Both the position numbers and the translations under genes were made by a program. From assembly GCA_022605425.2 (NCBI GenBank), contig CM061249.1, positions 868,001 through 932,000 of the forward strand: 64,000 nucleotides of DNA, in the 5' to 3' direction. Source of the stretch: Hamiltosporidium tvaerminnensis FI-OER-3-3 (lineage: Eukaryota > Fungi > Microsporidia). The notes under the pieces are model-generated. The model saw only the letters and a program-made list of their open reading frames with translations. It ran no database searches and had not been told where the DNA came from. Shown piece after piece: positions 25,481 to 39,275 of the stretch. Positions within the stretch are counted from its first letter, which is position 1, and each line of letters begins with the position of its first letter.

Positions 25481-26761
25481 TAAAGAAAATTAATTAAGGA
25501 TTTTTATTTTATTAAGGGGTTTTATTTTATTAATAGTTTTACTTATTATAATATTTTATACTTTTTTTTATATTTGGTTTTATTAATAAGGTATTCTATT
25601 TATTTTCTATTTTATATTTGGTTTTACTTTAGGGAATTCTGTTTATTTATTGATAGTTTTAGTAATATTTTTACCTTAGGGAATTCTGTATCTATAAAGG
25701 ATTTTTTTTATGAAATATTTAATTTAATTAATAATATAAAATTATATAGAAAATAAATTGTAAATATAAACTATTTAAAATGTATTTAATTGGATATTAA
25801 ATAAACCTTTGAAATGTTACAACTGTGTTATGTCGATCATTTATACCTACAGGGGAATAAAAATAATAGAATCAAGGAATTTTTAAATTGTGGTTTTTGT
25901 ATGTATTTATTTGATATAAGTAATAGAATTAAAAGAAATATTTAAAAGAAAAATTAAGGAAGTTTAATATTTGTAAGATAATACAGATATTTAAAAGTAT
26001 TGTATATATTTTTATTTGAGATAAAAAAAGTAAAGAAAAAAAAAAATTTAAAGATTATTTTCATGATATAGTCAATAAAATAGTGAGTTATTTTTTAGAT
26101 ATACAGGTAAATGGTTGTGTAGTGGGACTATTTAAATGATTCTAAATATTATATATGTGTTTTTTATAATATTGGTTATTTCTTACTTTTTATTTGTTTT
26201 TATTCCAATTGATGTCTTTTTGTTTTTCTTGGTTTTCTAGAGTTTTATCTAAACGTGTTTTTTAAGGAAATAAGTTGGATGTGTTATTTTAATACAATAT
26301 TAAATTAAATTTGGGAGGTTTAATCTTGTTTTACTATCACAGAACACTGTAACACAATTTATAGATTAATTTTCTCTTGTTACTGTTTTTTGTCTTTATA
26401 TTTATGAATATGTGTGTAGTGATCACAAATATGGAAGTATTATAGTGCTGGAAGAGAAAGAAAAAGGTGTTTTCATAGCCTATTCCAAAATTAGAAAGTA
26501 TTTAACTGAGTAAATAGAATAAAATATGATTGTTTAAATAGAAAGAAGAAAATATTGTTTTATATGGTTGTATGATCTATTTAAAGATCTAAGCGTCTAT
26601 TCTGAGAGGTTTTTTTGGTGGTAAATATATTATTTGACTATAAAATTTTAGCTAAGCCGTTTTTTTTCTGATTAGAATTATAATTTTGTTTTTTTTGTAG
26701 GAGCTAGATATTTAATCAAAAGAGCAATCAATATTTTTATACGGGAATCGACTTTATGAAC

Positions 26762-26927
26762 TAACAATAATAGTCTTATAACGAATATATTTGGATTATT
26801 TATTAAAATTTGAATTAAATTGGTTTTTACTAGGTTTGGCTTTATATTCTAACAATAATAGTATTATAACGAATATATTTGGTTTATTTATTAAAATTTG
26901 AATTGAATTGGTTTTTACTAGGTTTGG
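26762..26927. repeat. Direct tandem duplication, ~88 bp x2
   Basis: TAACAATAATAGT.TTATAACGAATATATTTGG...ACTAGGTTTGG at 26762 and 26850. Confidence 0.9.
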
Positions 26928-29563
26928 TGCAATAAATCAAACTAATTATTTATAATAAATTATCAAAAGTAACTATAGAATTAGAATATATATTAAATAT
27001 ATCTTGCTTACTTGCATACACATTCTTGTCTTCTTTTGCCTCTTGTGTGGAATATAAATAATTCGTAGCTATAATATCGTGTCGAGGGTCACTGCCCTAG
27101 TGTTTTCTGGGTATGTTTCTCTTATACGCAAAGTAGATTTTCAGCGTCAAATACTTTCAAAATCTCTCAGGTTCTTCTATTTTTTTGTACAAAACTTCTC
27201 TATTTTTTAATGTTAAAATTTAATTTAGATGCTAATTCATTGATTCTTGAGATAGTATTTTGTTATATTCAATCTGATGTAATTGAGATGATGGAAGATC
27301 AGGCTATAGATTCAGTAAGCTTTATACTCTTCTTCTAGAATCCAAACAATTGTTTTCACAACAAAGTACACAATAATTACCAAGCAGATGGTTATTTTGG
27401 TGGTTAGATTCGTAAACTATATTAATGTACTAAGTTAAATCAATTTTTAATTTTTTTGTGTTCTATATTTATACTAAGAATTCGTTATCTTCTATAAATG
27501 TATAGTATGATTTAAACCTGCAGTACGAACATTAATCAAGTTTATAAATGTAAATATAAAATTATATTTCTAAAAATTCGTTATAGTATCATTCAATCTC
27601 AATTTTACTTACATATCTGGATATTGATTCTTCTCATGAACCCAGGTATCATTCACTTTACTAGTTTTTGTAAATTTTTTCTAGTATTTCTGAACGAAAG
27701 TCAGCCAATCAAATTTCTTTAACAAAAATGTCGACAAATATTTTATGTCCAAAACTACTAAATGAGTTTCTTTATGGTTTTAATTGTGTTTCTTTTCGGG
27801 TATCTAGCTATAGTAAGTCTATTTTTTGCGTTAAAAAATTCCAAGTTTACCATTACAAATTTAAATGAGAAATAGATCATTATCTGGCTGTTCCCTTGAT
27901 TAAAAACATGAAATTAAATCATATATTCTTTAAGTTTTAAGTTTGAACTTGAATTGAAATGTTTTCTACAACACTCCTTATATTTTAAGATAAAATTAAA
28001 AATTATAGATTTACTGGTAAGTTCAATCTGAGACTAAAAATAACTAAAGCAGGTGTCGATTCTGGGATGATTTTTTGTTCATTTAGATTGTATTTTATTG
28101 TCCAAATTTTATTACCATGTATATCATAGTATTATATGATTATTTTAGGTTGTATTGTTTCAAAAGCAATGTCTTTTTTTAAATAAAATTTAGATAACTT
28201 GCTTATGATTCGACAAAAGATTAATAGTGTTCGTTTTGGATAAAATTTTAAAAATCGAGTGTTTTGTGGTGGAAATAGCGGTTTTTATTCAAGCTATTTG
28301 TAACAAAACTGAATTGCAATGAAGTGTAAAGATTAAAAGACAGAGAAATATTTATAAGAAAGTTATAAATATTAATCAAAATATAATTATTAAAAAATAC
28401 AGTATTCTTGTAATTTTTTGATCATTTTAAATAAGTCATGGTGGGAATAATAAGTCAATAGAGAAGCTAAATTTTTTTTAATACAAATTTATCTTTGTTC
28501 GCTGCAATTCTTATGGTTTCTAATTTATATTATTTGCGGTTTTTCTATGCTATGTTGCCACGATTTTTGCAGTTAATTATTTTAGTCAGAAAACGTTTTG
28601 CCTTTTTATCAATTCTAAAGAATAACTAGAAACAATTATATTCGAAATATTTCAAACTTCACAGAATAGATAAAATATTGAAACCTAAATTCAAGTTTTA
28701 ATTTACTCATATCAATTGATTTCGTTTGATAATAATTATTTTTTTTTCCAGCTCTACGAGTATTTCTATATAATCAAAAAAAGGCACTGAAAATAATTTT
28801 TTTGTAGAAATCTTTAAAATTAGATTCCTACAACTAATTGCACAAATAATTTGCGCAGTAAAATTGATTTTAACATCATATTGTAGTTATAAAGACATAA
28901 ATATGCTCTTTCTATTCTTATATTTGATTTTTTTAAAGTTTTTATAATATTTATTCCATAAAAAGCTATTAAATATATTTGAAACACCAAGAATCTTATT
29001 CCTAAAATTTATTACAAAAAAACGAGAAAAATAATAATCCAAATCCCCTGCGCTTAGTATATATGAGGTTTTGAAAATGGGTTATTTATACATTCACCAT
29101 ATATCTCCATAAAGTATTTTGAATTCTTTATGAATTTTAAGGCCGATTTTAGTGTCAGTTTTTTTTTAATAAAATATCAATATTCTTAGGTTTCTTATTT
29201 TTACCTTTCGAAAACTAAACAATTAAGAAAGTCAGTTATTAACGAAGAAACATAAGAAAAGTTCTTTTAAAGAACCGACCGAACCAAAAAGGTTAATGAG
29301 CTAACAACTATCTATTATAAACAAAAGAGCGAAAAATATTATCAAAAGAATCGAAATTTGGAAATTTATACTTTCTAATGGGGATTTTCGTATCAAACAA
29401 TTAAAAATGAATATGGTGTAAATTTAAATACAAAAATATCATAATTCGACGCGATAACTTCCATGAACAATGAATTTAATCGAAATTCATTTGAAGCAAA
29501 TTATTAAAATAGTTAATCAACAAATTTTTCAAATATAGATAAACACTATAAAAATACATTTAT

Positions 29564-30904
29564 TTATTTGTTAAGCTTTTTTTTGTGGACGAAAAAGTAA
29601 TAAGAAAGACCTGCTCCTAAAATCAGTACTACAACCGAAATGCCTATTATGTATTTCCACATTCCCCTGTTTGATTTTTGCTTTTGTTCTACTCTTAATC
29701 CAGAAAAAATATTTTTTAGTTCGTTATAATAGCTAAAAGTAAGGTGTTGTATCGGTAAAACCTCTTTATCTATAATTACTCTGTAGTCCAGCAGTCTTTT
29801 TGCTCTTTGTTTTGTTTGACTTTCGTTACCAGTTTCTTCTTCTGCATGTGTTTGCTTTGATGGTAATTCAAGTTTTGTAAATTCTATTTTCTCATTTTTA
29901 CAACAACAATGCAATTCAAAGCCATAATTTGGATGTTCATAATAAAGTATTTTATCTTTAATTCTTATTTTCGTTTCGTTTTTTGAAATTTCAAGGTCTT
30001 CTAAGTTTGAAAAACAAATTAAAAAATCATATAAAATGTTAAATAGAGGATGTAATAGCGCCAGATCCGCAGTTATGCGTTTAGATGGATCTTCTTTTAA
30101 GCACTTTTTGAAAAAATCATCGGCATCATTCATAATTTGATAATTTTTAATTGTTATATTCTTTAAGGCTTTGCGACAAATATATGCAAAACAATGAACA
30201 TCTGCGTTACAGCTATGTCTTTGTCGATTTCTGACTTCAGGGGCCAAATCTCTATTTCTGTATGTTTCATGTCTCTTGTTTATCATGTCAAAACTTGAAA
30301 AAAAATTTCTTTGATCTTTTTCAAAATTTGCAAGTCCAAAATCTATCAATTTCACCTTTAAATCTTCACATATCATAATATTATCGAACTTGATATCCAA
30401 ATATATAATTTTTAGACTTTGTAAAAAATTTAATACATCGAAAGTTTGTTTCATTATAAATAAAAAATTGATAAGTGCTACATTTCCTTCTTTTAAGTAT
30501 TTCTCCAATGTTATAGGCAGATATTCAAACAAAAGATATTCATTTCGCTTATCTTTACCATATGCATAGAATTCAACAATATTTTCGTGCTTTAAGTAAT
30601 TTTTAAATAATTCAGCTATCCTATGGCAATCATATCTTGCATTTATTGGTTGTATTTTTAATGCAAACTCTTCTTCGTTTCGTATATTTCTTACCAAAAA
30701 CACGCTTCCTTGAACTCCACTTCCTAAGTATTTTATAGTTTTATAGGTTTCGGAAAAACCATCTTGGATCAGTGTTATGGGATTTGGTAGTGATGAAAGC
30801 GAATAGCTCACATAGAATAATAGTATTTCAAAACTCAATACTTTTAAAATCAATTTGTTCAATTTTCTATCACGAAAATACATATGGAGTAAATAGAACA
30901 ACAT
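29564..30904 (-). CDS. Divergent Ser/Thr protein kinase with N-terminal hydrophobic segment and C-terminal TM helix
   Basis: GSGVQGSV loop, ALK, YLDIKFDN catalytic loop, DFG, APE, PSKR; C-terminal YIIGISVVVLILGAGLSYYFFV then HKKK. First ATG is at 30904 (the ORF track starts at a TTG). Confidence 0.88.
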   Translation of the reverse strand: MLFYLLHMYFRDRKLNKLILKVLSFEILLFYVSYSLSSLPNPITLIQDGFSETYKTIKYLGSGVQGSVFLVRNIRNEEEFALKIQPINARYDCHRIAELFKNYLKHENIVEFYAYGKDKRNEYLLFEYLPITLEKYLKEGNVALINFLFIMKQTFDVLNFLQSLKIIYLDIKFDNIMICEDLKVKLIDFGLANFEKDQRNFFSSFDMINKRHETYRNRDLAPEVRNRQRHSCNADVHCFAYICRKALKNITIKNYQIMNDADDFFKKCLKEDPSKRITADLALLHPLFNILYDFLICFSNLEDLEISKNETKIRIKDKILYYEHPNYGFELHCCCKNEKIEFTKLELPSKQTHAEEETGNESQTKQRAKRLLDYRVIIDKEVLPIQHLTFSYYNELKNIFSGLRVEQKQKSNRGMWKYIIGISVVVLILGAGLSYYFFVHKKKLNK

Positions 30905-32034
30905 TTCAATCAATAGTTTTATAGATAATCAAGTCGAATTTTTATAATTATCGTAAGAAAAGATAAAAATTTAATTTCTTTGTAGATTACAGCATTTAGA
31001 TAGAAATATAGAAAATTTAAATTTACTTTGAAATTAAAACAATACATAGAATATATTCGATAGTACTTACTGTTTTATATTGCTTTGTTTCGTTATCTTT
31101 TTTGTACTTTATCAGGCGATAAGAATAATTCTAAAATCGTGATTAATTAAATTTTAATATTCTTAAAAAAATATATATTCGTTTAACTGTAAAATCTTAG
31201 AAATTGCTTCAAGATAATTATGTAATGGTATTAGTATATGTATTTTCATATTCAGATACAAATCATAGATTCAAAAGAGATCGATAGAATTTAAAGTAAT
31301 CCAATAATTGATCATCTATAAAAATATGTGACCCCTTTATAAAATATATGCTTGACTTTAGATTGTTTTGATAACCAATTATAGTATATAAAACAAATTC
31401 CTATCATTATGATTTTCGACTATTTCCATCGGTATCATGAAGCTGAATAATTCTTCAGTTTTATTCTGATTGTTTCATGATAATATCTGCACATACTCCC
31501 TGACATTATGAATATGACGATCTATAAGAATTTTTTTTAATTGAGCACGTATAATAAATTTACTTAATTTTTGAAGGAAATATCTTTTTAATCAGAACTT
31601 CTAAATATATTTTAAAGATGCTAGATAGCAATATGGGAGTATATTTTACATCTAAAATTGAAAATTTTTCGATTTATAATGGCTCGAAATACATTCAAAC
31701 AGAGTTCGAAAAATGTATCTATTGAAAAGTTAAAATTTAATTAACGTCGATTAATAACCTTTATATGAATTTTTTAGGGTATTTTATGTAAAAACGAAAC
31801 GAAAATATCCTAAATGCATACATTCAAGCGATATAAATATTTATAATTTCTCTTTTTTTCTTTCTAAAATTCGTACCAAAACAAATTGTATAACAGATGA
31901 ATGCGTCAGAAAATATGTTTGTAGGTACCAGAAAACATTTACATTAGAAAATAACACCAGAAATGCCTTTTGTGTTTTTTCTTTAAGATCCATCTACCTT
32001 TTCAATTTTTAAATCTACAAAATAAATATTATAA

Positions 32035-32753
32035 TTTAATTTTTAAAATGTTCTATCAGTCTAAAAGAGTGGTACGTTATATTTTTTTCATGGCATTAAC
32101 ACAGTTCTAGGTTTAACATAGATAAATGCTGCTCAACACATCATCGGTATCCTCCACGATACCTACATCCCAGAGCCTTTCATCTAACGGTATGTGAAAC
32201 TCAATTAAATCTAAGAAGTAGTTGCCTAGTTTCATCAATTCACATTGTCAAGATTTGGAGCAAAGATTTAAACCAATTTTGGAATCTTATAAGACTAGCA
32301 GCAATCTCACTCAAGCAAAACTTAATAAACTGATTAACACTCAGCTAAGATATATCTTAAACACTTTAGGAATTAAAAATAGACGTTGAAATCTCTATTC
32401 AAAAGGTATAAATCGCTATTTGGTTTCCATGCCTTTTAAGAGCACACCTTTTGTATTTGCCTGCGTTTAGTCTCCTAACCCAGGTAGACAAGGCTAGCGA
32501 AGTATGCTCTTACAGGATCATTAATTACCTTTTAATCACGGTTTTCACACTAGTTTCAGAAAAAAATCTGAACTTCTTTGTAAAAAAAATTTAAATGTTT
32601 TGTAAATTTTCTTCTATTTATGAGAATTCAGATGAAACAGCCGAATAAGTAGTGTAATTTAATTCTCAGTAAAAATACAGACAATAAATCTGTATTAATT
32701 TACTCAAAAATTATCATGCAGAATGTTTTTAATGTAGTTATTCTCTCTCAACC
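32035..32753 (-). mobile_element. Structured repeat family, copy S4 (full length, diverged)
   Basis: TTTTCATGGCATTAAC.CAGTTC.AGGTTTAACATA and CGATACCTAC.TCCCA.AGCCTTTCATCTA are near-identical to 62856-62956; the far end (CATGCAGAATGTTTTTAATGTAGTTATTCTCTCTCAAC) matches the family 5' end. Confidence 0.85.
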
Positions 32754-34934
32754 ATTATGGCTAAGAAAATAGATATTTGTTTCTTTATACTTCATTCCAA
32801 TATTAAAGACTGTCAAATCTCGTATGAGAACCCGTCGCATGTAGAAAAGAACAGTGTGTGCGCAAAAATCTTGGTTTGGGGTAAGCTCTCGCACTTCCTC
32901 ATTCTGTTGAAGGACTTTCGAAGTTCTTTCTATTGATTGAGACCTCGTGCATATTTTTTTATGAGGATAAAATTTATTCTCTTAAATCTTTTATTCTTTC
33001 TATAAATTTCTATTCTGACACATATATTTGGTATGATTGAACTCTTGTAAATTTAAACGATATATAACAATATTGTATATTATTGAACTAAAAAAATATA
33101 TAGTTACATACAGTTATTCTGCTTTATTGAAATTTTTTTCCGAGTTGTGAATTTCCATTTTCTGTCTTGATTAATTCATTACTCGTTTATTGCAAATTTT
33201 TCTTGAAATTTCAAAAGTCGGAATGAACCAGAAAGTTACAAATATCATGGCGTTAAAAAATATGGAACGAACGCAACATATAGTTTTCTTAAAAGAGATT
33301 ATTGCCTGATAATTTATCTATAAATATGTTTTTCCTCGAAGTGGTATTTATTACTTGAATTCAAGAGTTTTTGACATGGTTCTTAATTTCTAAACATAAA
33401 TATTAACTGCGTAACTTGAGTATAATTCTCAGTTGTTCTAATAAGTTGATTATTTTGGCTGAACATTTGATTTGTTAATATGGTATGTCAGATCTCTTGC
33501 TTGTTGAACCGCTTATTAATTCAAGGTTAAGAATCTTATTTTGTAGTTCTAATGCAAATCTATCTTACTTAGAACAGTCGGAATTGTTTTTAAAGATTTC
33601 ATTATTATGGTAATTATATATGAGTTAAAAACCAATAATAAATTATTAAGTCAAAGAAATAGCCGTTTATTTGTGTATTAAAGAATTTCTTTGATAGAAA
33701 AATTTATACTCCTAATACGATACTCTGCTGTTTTTATTAAATAAAAGAGTTGCTGGTTATATTGCTGCAGATCTATATAAACAAAAAAACTATTTCAATT
33801 TTTAGCTGTAATGTTCACAGATTTTTCTTTTTCTAAAAATTAATCTAAAATATTAGCTTTCCTGGTTCAATAAATATTTTTTAAGGTCTAATTTTGCTAT
33901 AATGTAAAATCATTTTATTATTCAAAGGTTATCAGGATTATATGTGTCATCGTTCATATATAAATATTTAATATGATTTTTTTATTAAAAAAATTATTTA
34001 CGTTTTTTTTATTTATATATAGTTTTAAAGATTATAGTTTAAATCTTCATTTATTTATAAAAAAAATTCCAATCATATGGCAGCATAGGATTTTTCAAAC
34101 CTTAATATGAAATTTTTGAAAGAAGATCTTTGCCATAAAACAAAGAATAAAATCTTCCGAATATCAGAGAAGAAATCTAAATCTTAATTCTATTGTACCT
34201 AGCAAAGTAAATATTTAAGACTCATTTTATATATTTACCATCGAATTTAAATTTGGAGGAAATTATCATTATTTTGTAAAAAATAATTTTTGTAGAAAAA
34301 CCGCGAATTTTATATATTATTTAGTTTTAATTTACATATTTTACTTAGTTGCTTTTTCGGCAAAACTTACTTCAAGGTAATTTAATTTGATATCACATCT
34401 CAAAAAAATATTTAGTTGATATATAAATGATAAAATATTTCTACATATTTATCATTTTTTTTGCTAATTTAGAAAATAAAAAGTTTATAAAACATAACTT
34501 AATCATATTTTAGAGTTTCGGGACATAATTGAACATTTAAATTGTTTTTTTCGTGAATGTTTTATTCAATCTACTATGAAAAAGTTCTAGAACTACGTAT
34601 CCTTCGAATCGAGTGAATGCTAGAAGTTTGATATCAGCAGATTTATTGTTTTTAATTCAATCATATTTAATGTACTTTTTTAAGAAAATATTTTATAAAA
34701 GAAAAAAAGTATTAATTAATATAGATAATATTATAGAAAGATTATTTTTCGAAATACATTTTATTAAAACGAAATATAGTTAAATTTATGAAAAAATCAC
34801 AATAATTTCCAAATTTCATTTTTCAAAACATATCTAAAATATAATTCAATAAAACAATTTTTGTGGCAAATAAGAAAAACTTATTATATTTGCAAGTTCT
34901 GATGTTTTATAATTAAAATATATAAATATCTTTG

Positions 34935-37202
34935 TCATACTTTGATATATTCAACAGTCATAGTATCTTCTGCTGAATTAGTGGATGAAATTTTTAATAT
35001 TATACCAGTCGGTAGTGAAATAGAAAAATTAACAGAATTAAAAAATGCGTTTCGAATAATTCTTGCATTGGTTATGTTTAGAGTTGTTAAGGAACGAAAT
35101 GTTTCGAGGGTTTGGATGTCCATATAATTTAACTCATTTCTAATGTAGCTCAAAGCTTCTAATGTAGAAGCTAGCAGAGTATTTTTTAATATTGAGAGAC
35201 TACCGCCTTTTATATTATTCAAAGATAAATCAAGAAATTTCAATTTTTTAGCTTCACCTAATATACTCAGATTAAAATTTTCCAGTGAATTATTACTCAG
35301 ATTTAACTTCATCAGATTTAAATGAAAATAGTTAGTCTTTAGAAAGTAAAGGTTTCTAATATCGCAAAATGAAATATCTAACACTTCTAGATAATTATAA
35401 TTTGTAAATGATAACATACCTTCACCTTTTATGTTAGTTCGGCTTAAAACCAATATTCTTAAGGTTTCATTTAATTTTGAATTCCTAAATACTTCCAAAT
35501 CCGAATCATTTAATGTAGTTTTAATTAAGTTTAATTCGTACAAAGATTGTAATTCTGTTATACGCTGTAACTCTTGGTAAGATATTTTGTTATATCCTGC
35601 GTTCAAACTCGAAAGCGTAAGATTTGAATTTTTATAAAGATTTTCTGGAAAAGTATCACTTTCAATGTGTGTAGTTGATATATTTAATTTTTTAGCGCTT
35701 TTAATGCTATTTAATACACCGAGAATTATATCATTCAAAGGAATACCAACTAGATATATGTACTGTAGTCGGTTAAAATTTGAAGCTCTAAATTTATATT
35801 CTCTCTCAAAATTTATAATAGTTCCACTCAAGTTTAAATTCTCTAGGTTTTGAAACAATAATATTGTGTTAAAATCTTCACTTGAAAGAGAACTATTTTT
35901 AATTTCTAGCCATTTCAATTTATTTTTGAACCTAGAATGTTTCAAACCTGCAAATGTATTATTTTCATGAAATGAATCATTGAAAATAATCGTATTTAAT
36001 TCTGTCATATCAGCGAAATTTTGAATATCATTCTTTCTAAGTTTAGATCTCGAAAGATCCAAATATTTAAGATTGGTCTCTAAGCCTTTGTTAAAAACCA
36101 ATATATTTGCTCTTAATTCTGATGAAATAATGGTCATACTACAGATATTTTTAAGTTTATTCAATGAAAATATAACACCTTTTGTTATTTCTGTTCCGAT
36201 AATCTTCAGTATTTTAATCTTATCTATTCCTCTACCATCTATTATATAGGGAATAACCTTATAAAAATCACTTCCTTCTAAAACTAATTCTTCTGATATA
36301 AATGTATCGCTTATATTATTAAACAAGCCAGACCTCTTTAAATCTAGTTTTTCTGCTAATATTGTAATTTTTTTGATTTCTAAGAAAAAAATATTGAATC
36401 TTAAAAATTTTATGAATGCTATATTCCCGATTTTTTTTAGAATTAAATCAAAAACGTGCTCATCTATGAATAAACTATCATTTTCAACAAATATTTCTTT
36501 TAATTTTCTCTGTAAAAACTCGTTTACCATGTTGCAATCATTATTGCTTTTCCTAATTATATTGTTTATGTCATCTATACTTAATAAAACAGTTAGAAAT
36601 ATTTGAAGATGTTTTCTTATGTTATTTATAGTCCAACTTTTTTGAATTGTAAATTTATTCGGTACATATATCTGGTTTGATATAAGATTTTTGACAAAAT
36701 TTATGTAAAAAAATATATTTGGAATAGTATCTTCTATTAAAAAAAAGTCTAAGAGTTTAAAAATGTCAATTAAAGTATTTTTGCAAGAAACAATTTCTAG
36801 CGCATTTTCTTTTGACAAAAACAAGCTAAAAATGTAAAAATTATCACAAGTTGTTATCTTTTCCAAATAAAAGGGCTGTATTCTGGTCTCCAACCGTAAA
36901 TGTTTGTTCAAAACTTTGGAAATATTTTTTAAGAATAACGGAATATTAAACCGCAAAACGCACAGATCTTCATATTTAATTTCGTTAAAATGGTAGTTTT
37001 TTAATATTGATTTGCTGTGTTCTTTATTTCTTTCATCATAATACAATAAAAAATTATCATTACTATCAAAAAGGCCTACAATAGTCGCAAAACATTTGTT
37101 TTCATGAAAATAAATAGCTTTTCTCAAATTTTTAGTCCTAACTGAAACATACACACAAGGATCGCTTCTGAACAAACCAAAACACAAAAGAAATAATTTC
37201 AT
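34935..37202 (-). CDS. Leucine-rich repeat protein, 755 aa, possible signal peptide
   Basis: LxxLxLxxN/T repeats (LKYLDLSRSKL, LENLNLSGT, LEVLDISFCDI, LMKLNLSNNSL, LKFLDLSLNNI); short hydrophobic N-terminus; CCC directly before the ATG. Confidence 0.88.
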   Translation of the reverse strand: MKLFLLCFGLFRSDPCVYVSVRTKNLRKAIYFHENKCFATIVGLFDSNDNFLLYYDERNKEHSKSILKNYHFNEIKYEDLCVLRFNIPLFLKNISKVLNKHLRLETRIQPFYLEKITTCDNFYIFSLFLSKENALEIVSCKNTLIDIFKLLDFFLIEDTIPNIFFYINFVKNLISNQIYVPNKFTIQKSWTINNIRKHLQIFLTVLLSIDDINNIIRKSNNDCNMVNEFLQRKLKEIFVENDSLFIDEHVFDLILKKIGNIAFIKFLRFNIFFLEIKKITILAEKLDLKRSGLFNNISDTFISEELVLEGSDFYKVIPYIIDGRGIDKIKILKIIGTEITKGVIFSLNKLKNICSMTIISSELRANILVFNKGLETNLKYLDLSRSKLRKNDIQNFADMTELNTIIFNDSFHENNTFAGLKHSRFKNKLKWLEIKNSSLSSEDFNTILLFQNLENLNLSGTIINFEREYKFRASNFNRLQYIYLVGIPLNDIILGVLNSIKSAKKLNISTTHIESDTFPENLYKNSNLTLSSLNAGYNKISYQELQRITELQSLYELNLIKTTLNDSDLEVFRNSKLNETLRILVLSRTNIKGEGMLSFTNYNYLEVLDISFCDIRNLYFLKTNYFHLNLMKLNLSNNSLENFNLSILGEAKKLKFLDLSLNNIKGGSLSILKNTLLASTLEALSYIRNELNYMDIQTLETFRSLTTLNITNARIIRNAFFNSVNFSISLPTGIILKISSTNSAEDTMTVEYIKV

Positions 37203-37322
37203 GGGTTTTTTTATAGTTAAATATTATAAATAAATTTATATTTGATTTATTTCCATATATAGATATGACACCAGAATTCAAATCAAAAAAAATTTTTCAT
37301 TGTTCTTTGAAATATAATATTC

Positions 37323-37462
37323 AAAAAAAAACAATTTTCAATAAATTATCTTATTATAATTTTCTATATTTCTTCGTACGTTCTTTTAAATTTTTTTAAA
37401 GAAAAATAGTCAGAAATTTAAATCGTTATAATAACATAATTTATTGAAAATTGTTTTTTTTT
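37323..37462. repeat. 37-bp inverted repeat (1 mismatch) around a 66-bp spacer; MITE-like or cruciform
   Basis: 37323-37359 (A9CAATTTTCAATAAATTATcTTATTATAA) is the reverse complement of 37426-37462 except one base. Confidence 0.8.
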
Positions 37463-38451
37463 CTTTTAATGATATGTAATAGACCAATTATTATTTTACG
37501 ATCATAATATTTAAATTTTGATCAAAAAATTTTAGAAAATTTAAGCCACAACAATTTCAAAGACTTTTATTTCATCTATTAAATTTAAATCTATAATAGC
37601 AGATAATTGATTTATTAAATATTAAAATGAACATAATAGTTATTTCTTGAAAAGAAATCAGATTTATCGCAACTTCATCAAAAATTAAAAAAAAAGAAAT
37701 AAAAAAGAAATAAAAATTAAACAATAAATTTTTATAAATTCAATTTTAATCAGAAAAAACGTGATATATTGAATTAGTAAATTATATTGATAAATTAATA
37801 AAATTATTTTGAGTAAATTTGAAAAAAAAATTTTCTCTTTATTTTTTTTTATAAATTTGATTTTCTTTTATCAAATAACATTATAAAGAAAAAAAATGCA
37901 TTTATCCATGCATATGAGAATTTTTTAAGAAACAAATCTTGAACAAGTGTTCAGTTTATTTAACAATGGTTTTTTGCTATATTAATCATTTAGGATAATT
38001 ATATAAAAATGTTAAGTCTCCTTTTTCAACTCTACATCTTCTTATTGGGCATTTAAATATTAATTTAGTGCATAGATTCTCCAATATTTACATCTATACG
38101 TGGTTACATTTAGATTTTCGAATAAATCAATGTTAATTTCAAATTTTCATTTTTTAGTGCTCTAATATTAGGTTGAACTCAAAGCAACAGTGAGTTAAAG
38201 CTTTCCAAATTATTTCAATTGTTTTGTGAGTTAGTTGTAAATACCCCACTAAAGATCTCAATATTAAAAATTTGAGTGTACCATACGAGGTATAGAACAG
38301 GTCTGTTCTATTTTTAAGCAGCTGTTTGAAACTAAATTATCATTTTATTTATATTTGTGGTATTATTTATACTACAGAATACAAAAATCTCTTCTATATC
38401 CTAAATTTGATTAACTCTAGAAAATGAATTTATTCTTTGAAAATTTATGTT

Positions 38452-39275
38452 TATTTAATAAAATTTTGGGTTCAAAAGTTTTTTTAAACATTTTCACATA
38501 TTTTCTTATACCTCTTTTACCAATACCGTCTCTTTTTCTAAATCAGACTCTTCAATATTGGTTATCGTTGATTCTTCCAACGAATTCCTCCTTTCAAAAT
38601 CAGGTGTATTTTTTTGCTTTTATTTCTTTAACACCATATTCGTCATTTCTGTCTTGTTTTAAAGAGGGTGTTGGTTCCTCATGCATCCCCACTCTCTTAA
38701 ATACACCTATTGACGCACTTTCCCAGCTCTCCCCGGCATTTATTCCTGACTCAAGTCCTCTCCGTCGATCGCAGGAAATTGTCTCGACTGTCTTCTTAAG
38801 TACTATCTACTAAATGTATGCCTCTTCATTATGGGGTATTTGCAGCTTTTTTAGGTGTGACTTATGTTATTTTGTCATAATGCCGTCCCAAGGTATCACA
38901 TACGGAATTATCTCAACACATCACCTATAAATAAGACCTAAATCATTGGCTAGCAGGTCATACTTACTAAGTTTTTCAGTTTCAACCATTTGAAGTGAAT
39001 CTTGGAAAGTGATTCCTACTTAAATGAGTGTTATCTTATTCTTCTTCCAATCCAAAATACATATGTCGGGTCTATTACACCGAATTTTACATCAGTTTTT
39101 ATTCTAATATCTAACTTTTATCTTCGCATGCTCGTTTTCAAGAATTTCTCGCACTGACTGGTTCTAATCTGTTTTGAAGACTTAAACATATATCAATTTG
39201 AGAGAAGTAAGTGTAGGTATCTAACCACATCGCTATGCCGTCTGGCATAGTCGGGTCTAGAGTTTTATCACATCG
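38452..39275 (-). mobile_element. 5'-truncated decayed copy of the RLE non-LTR retrotransposon
   Basis: Reverse complement aligns to the RRH motif, RPDI endonuclease and 3' end of the element, with stops and indels. Confidence 0.92.
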
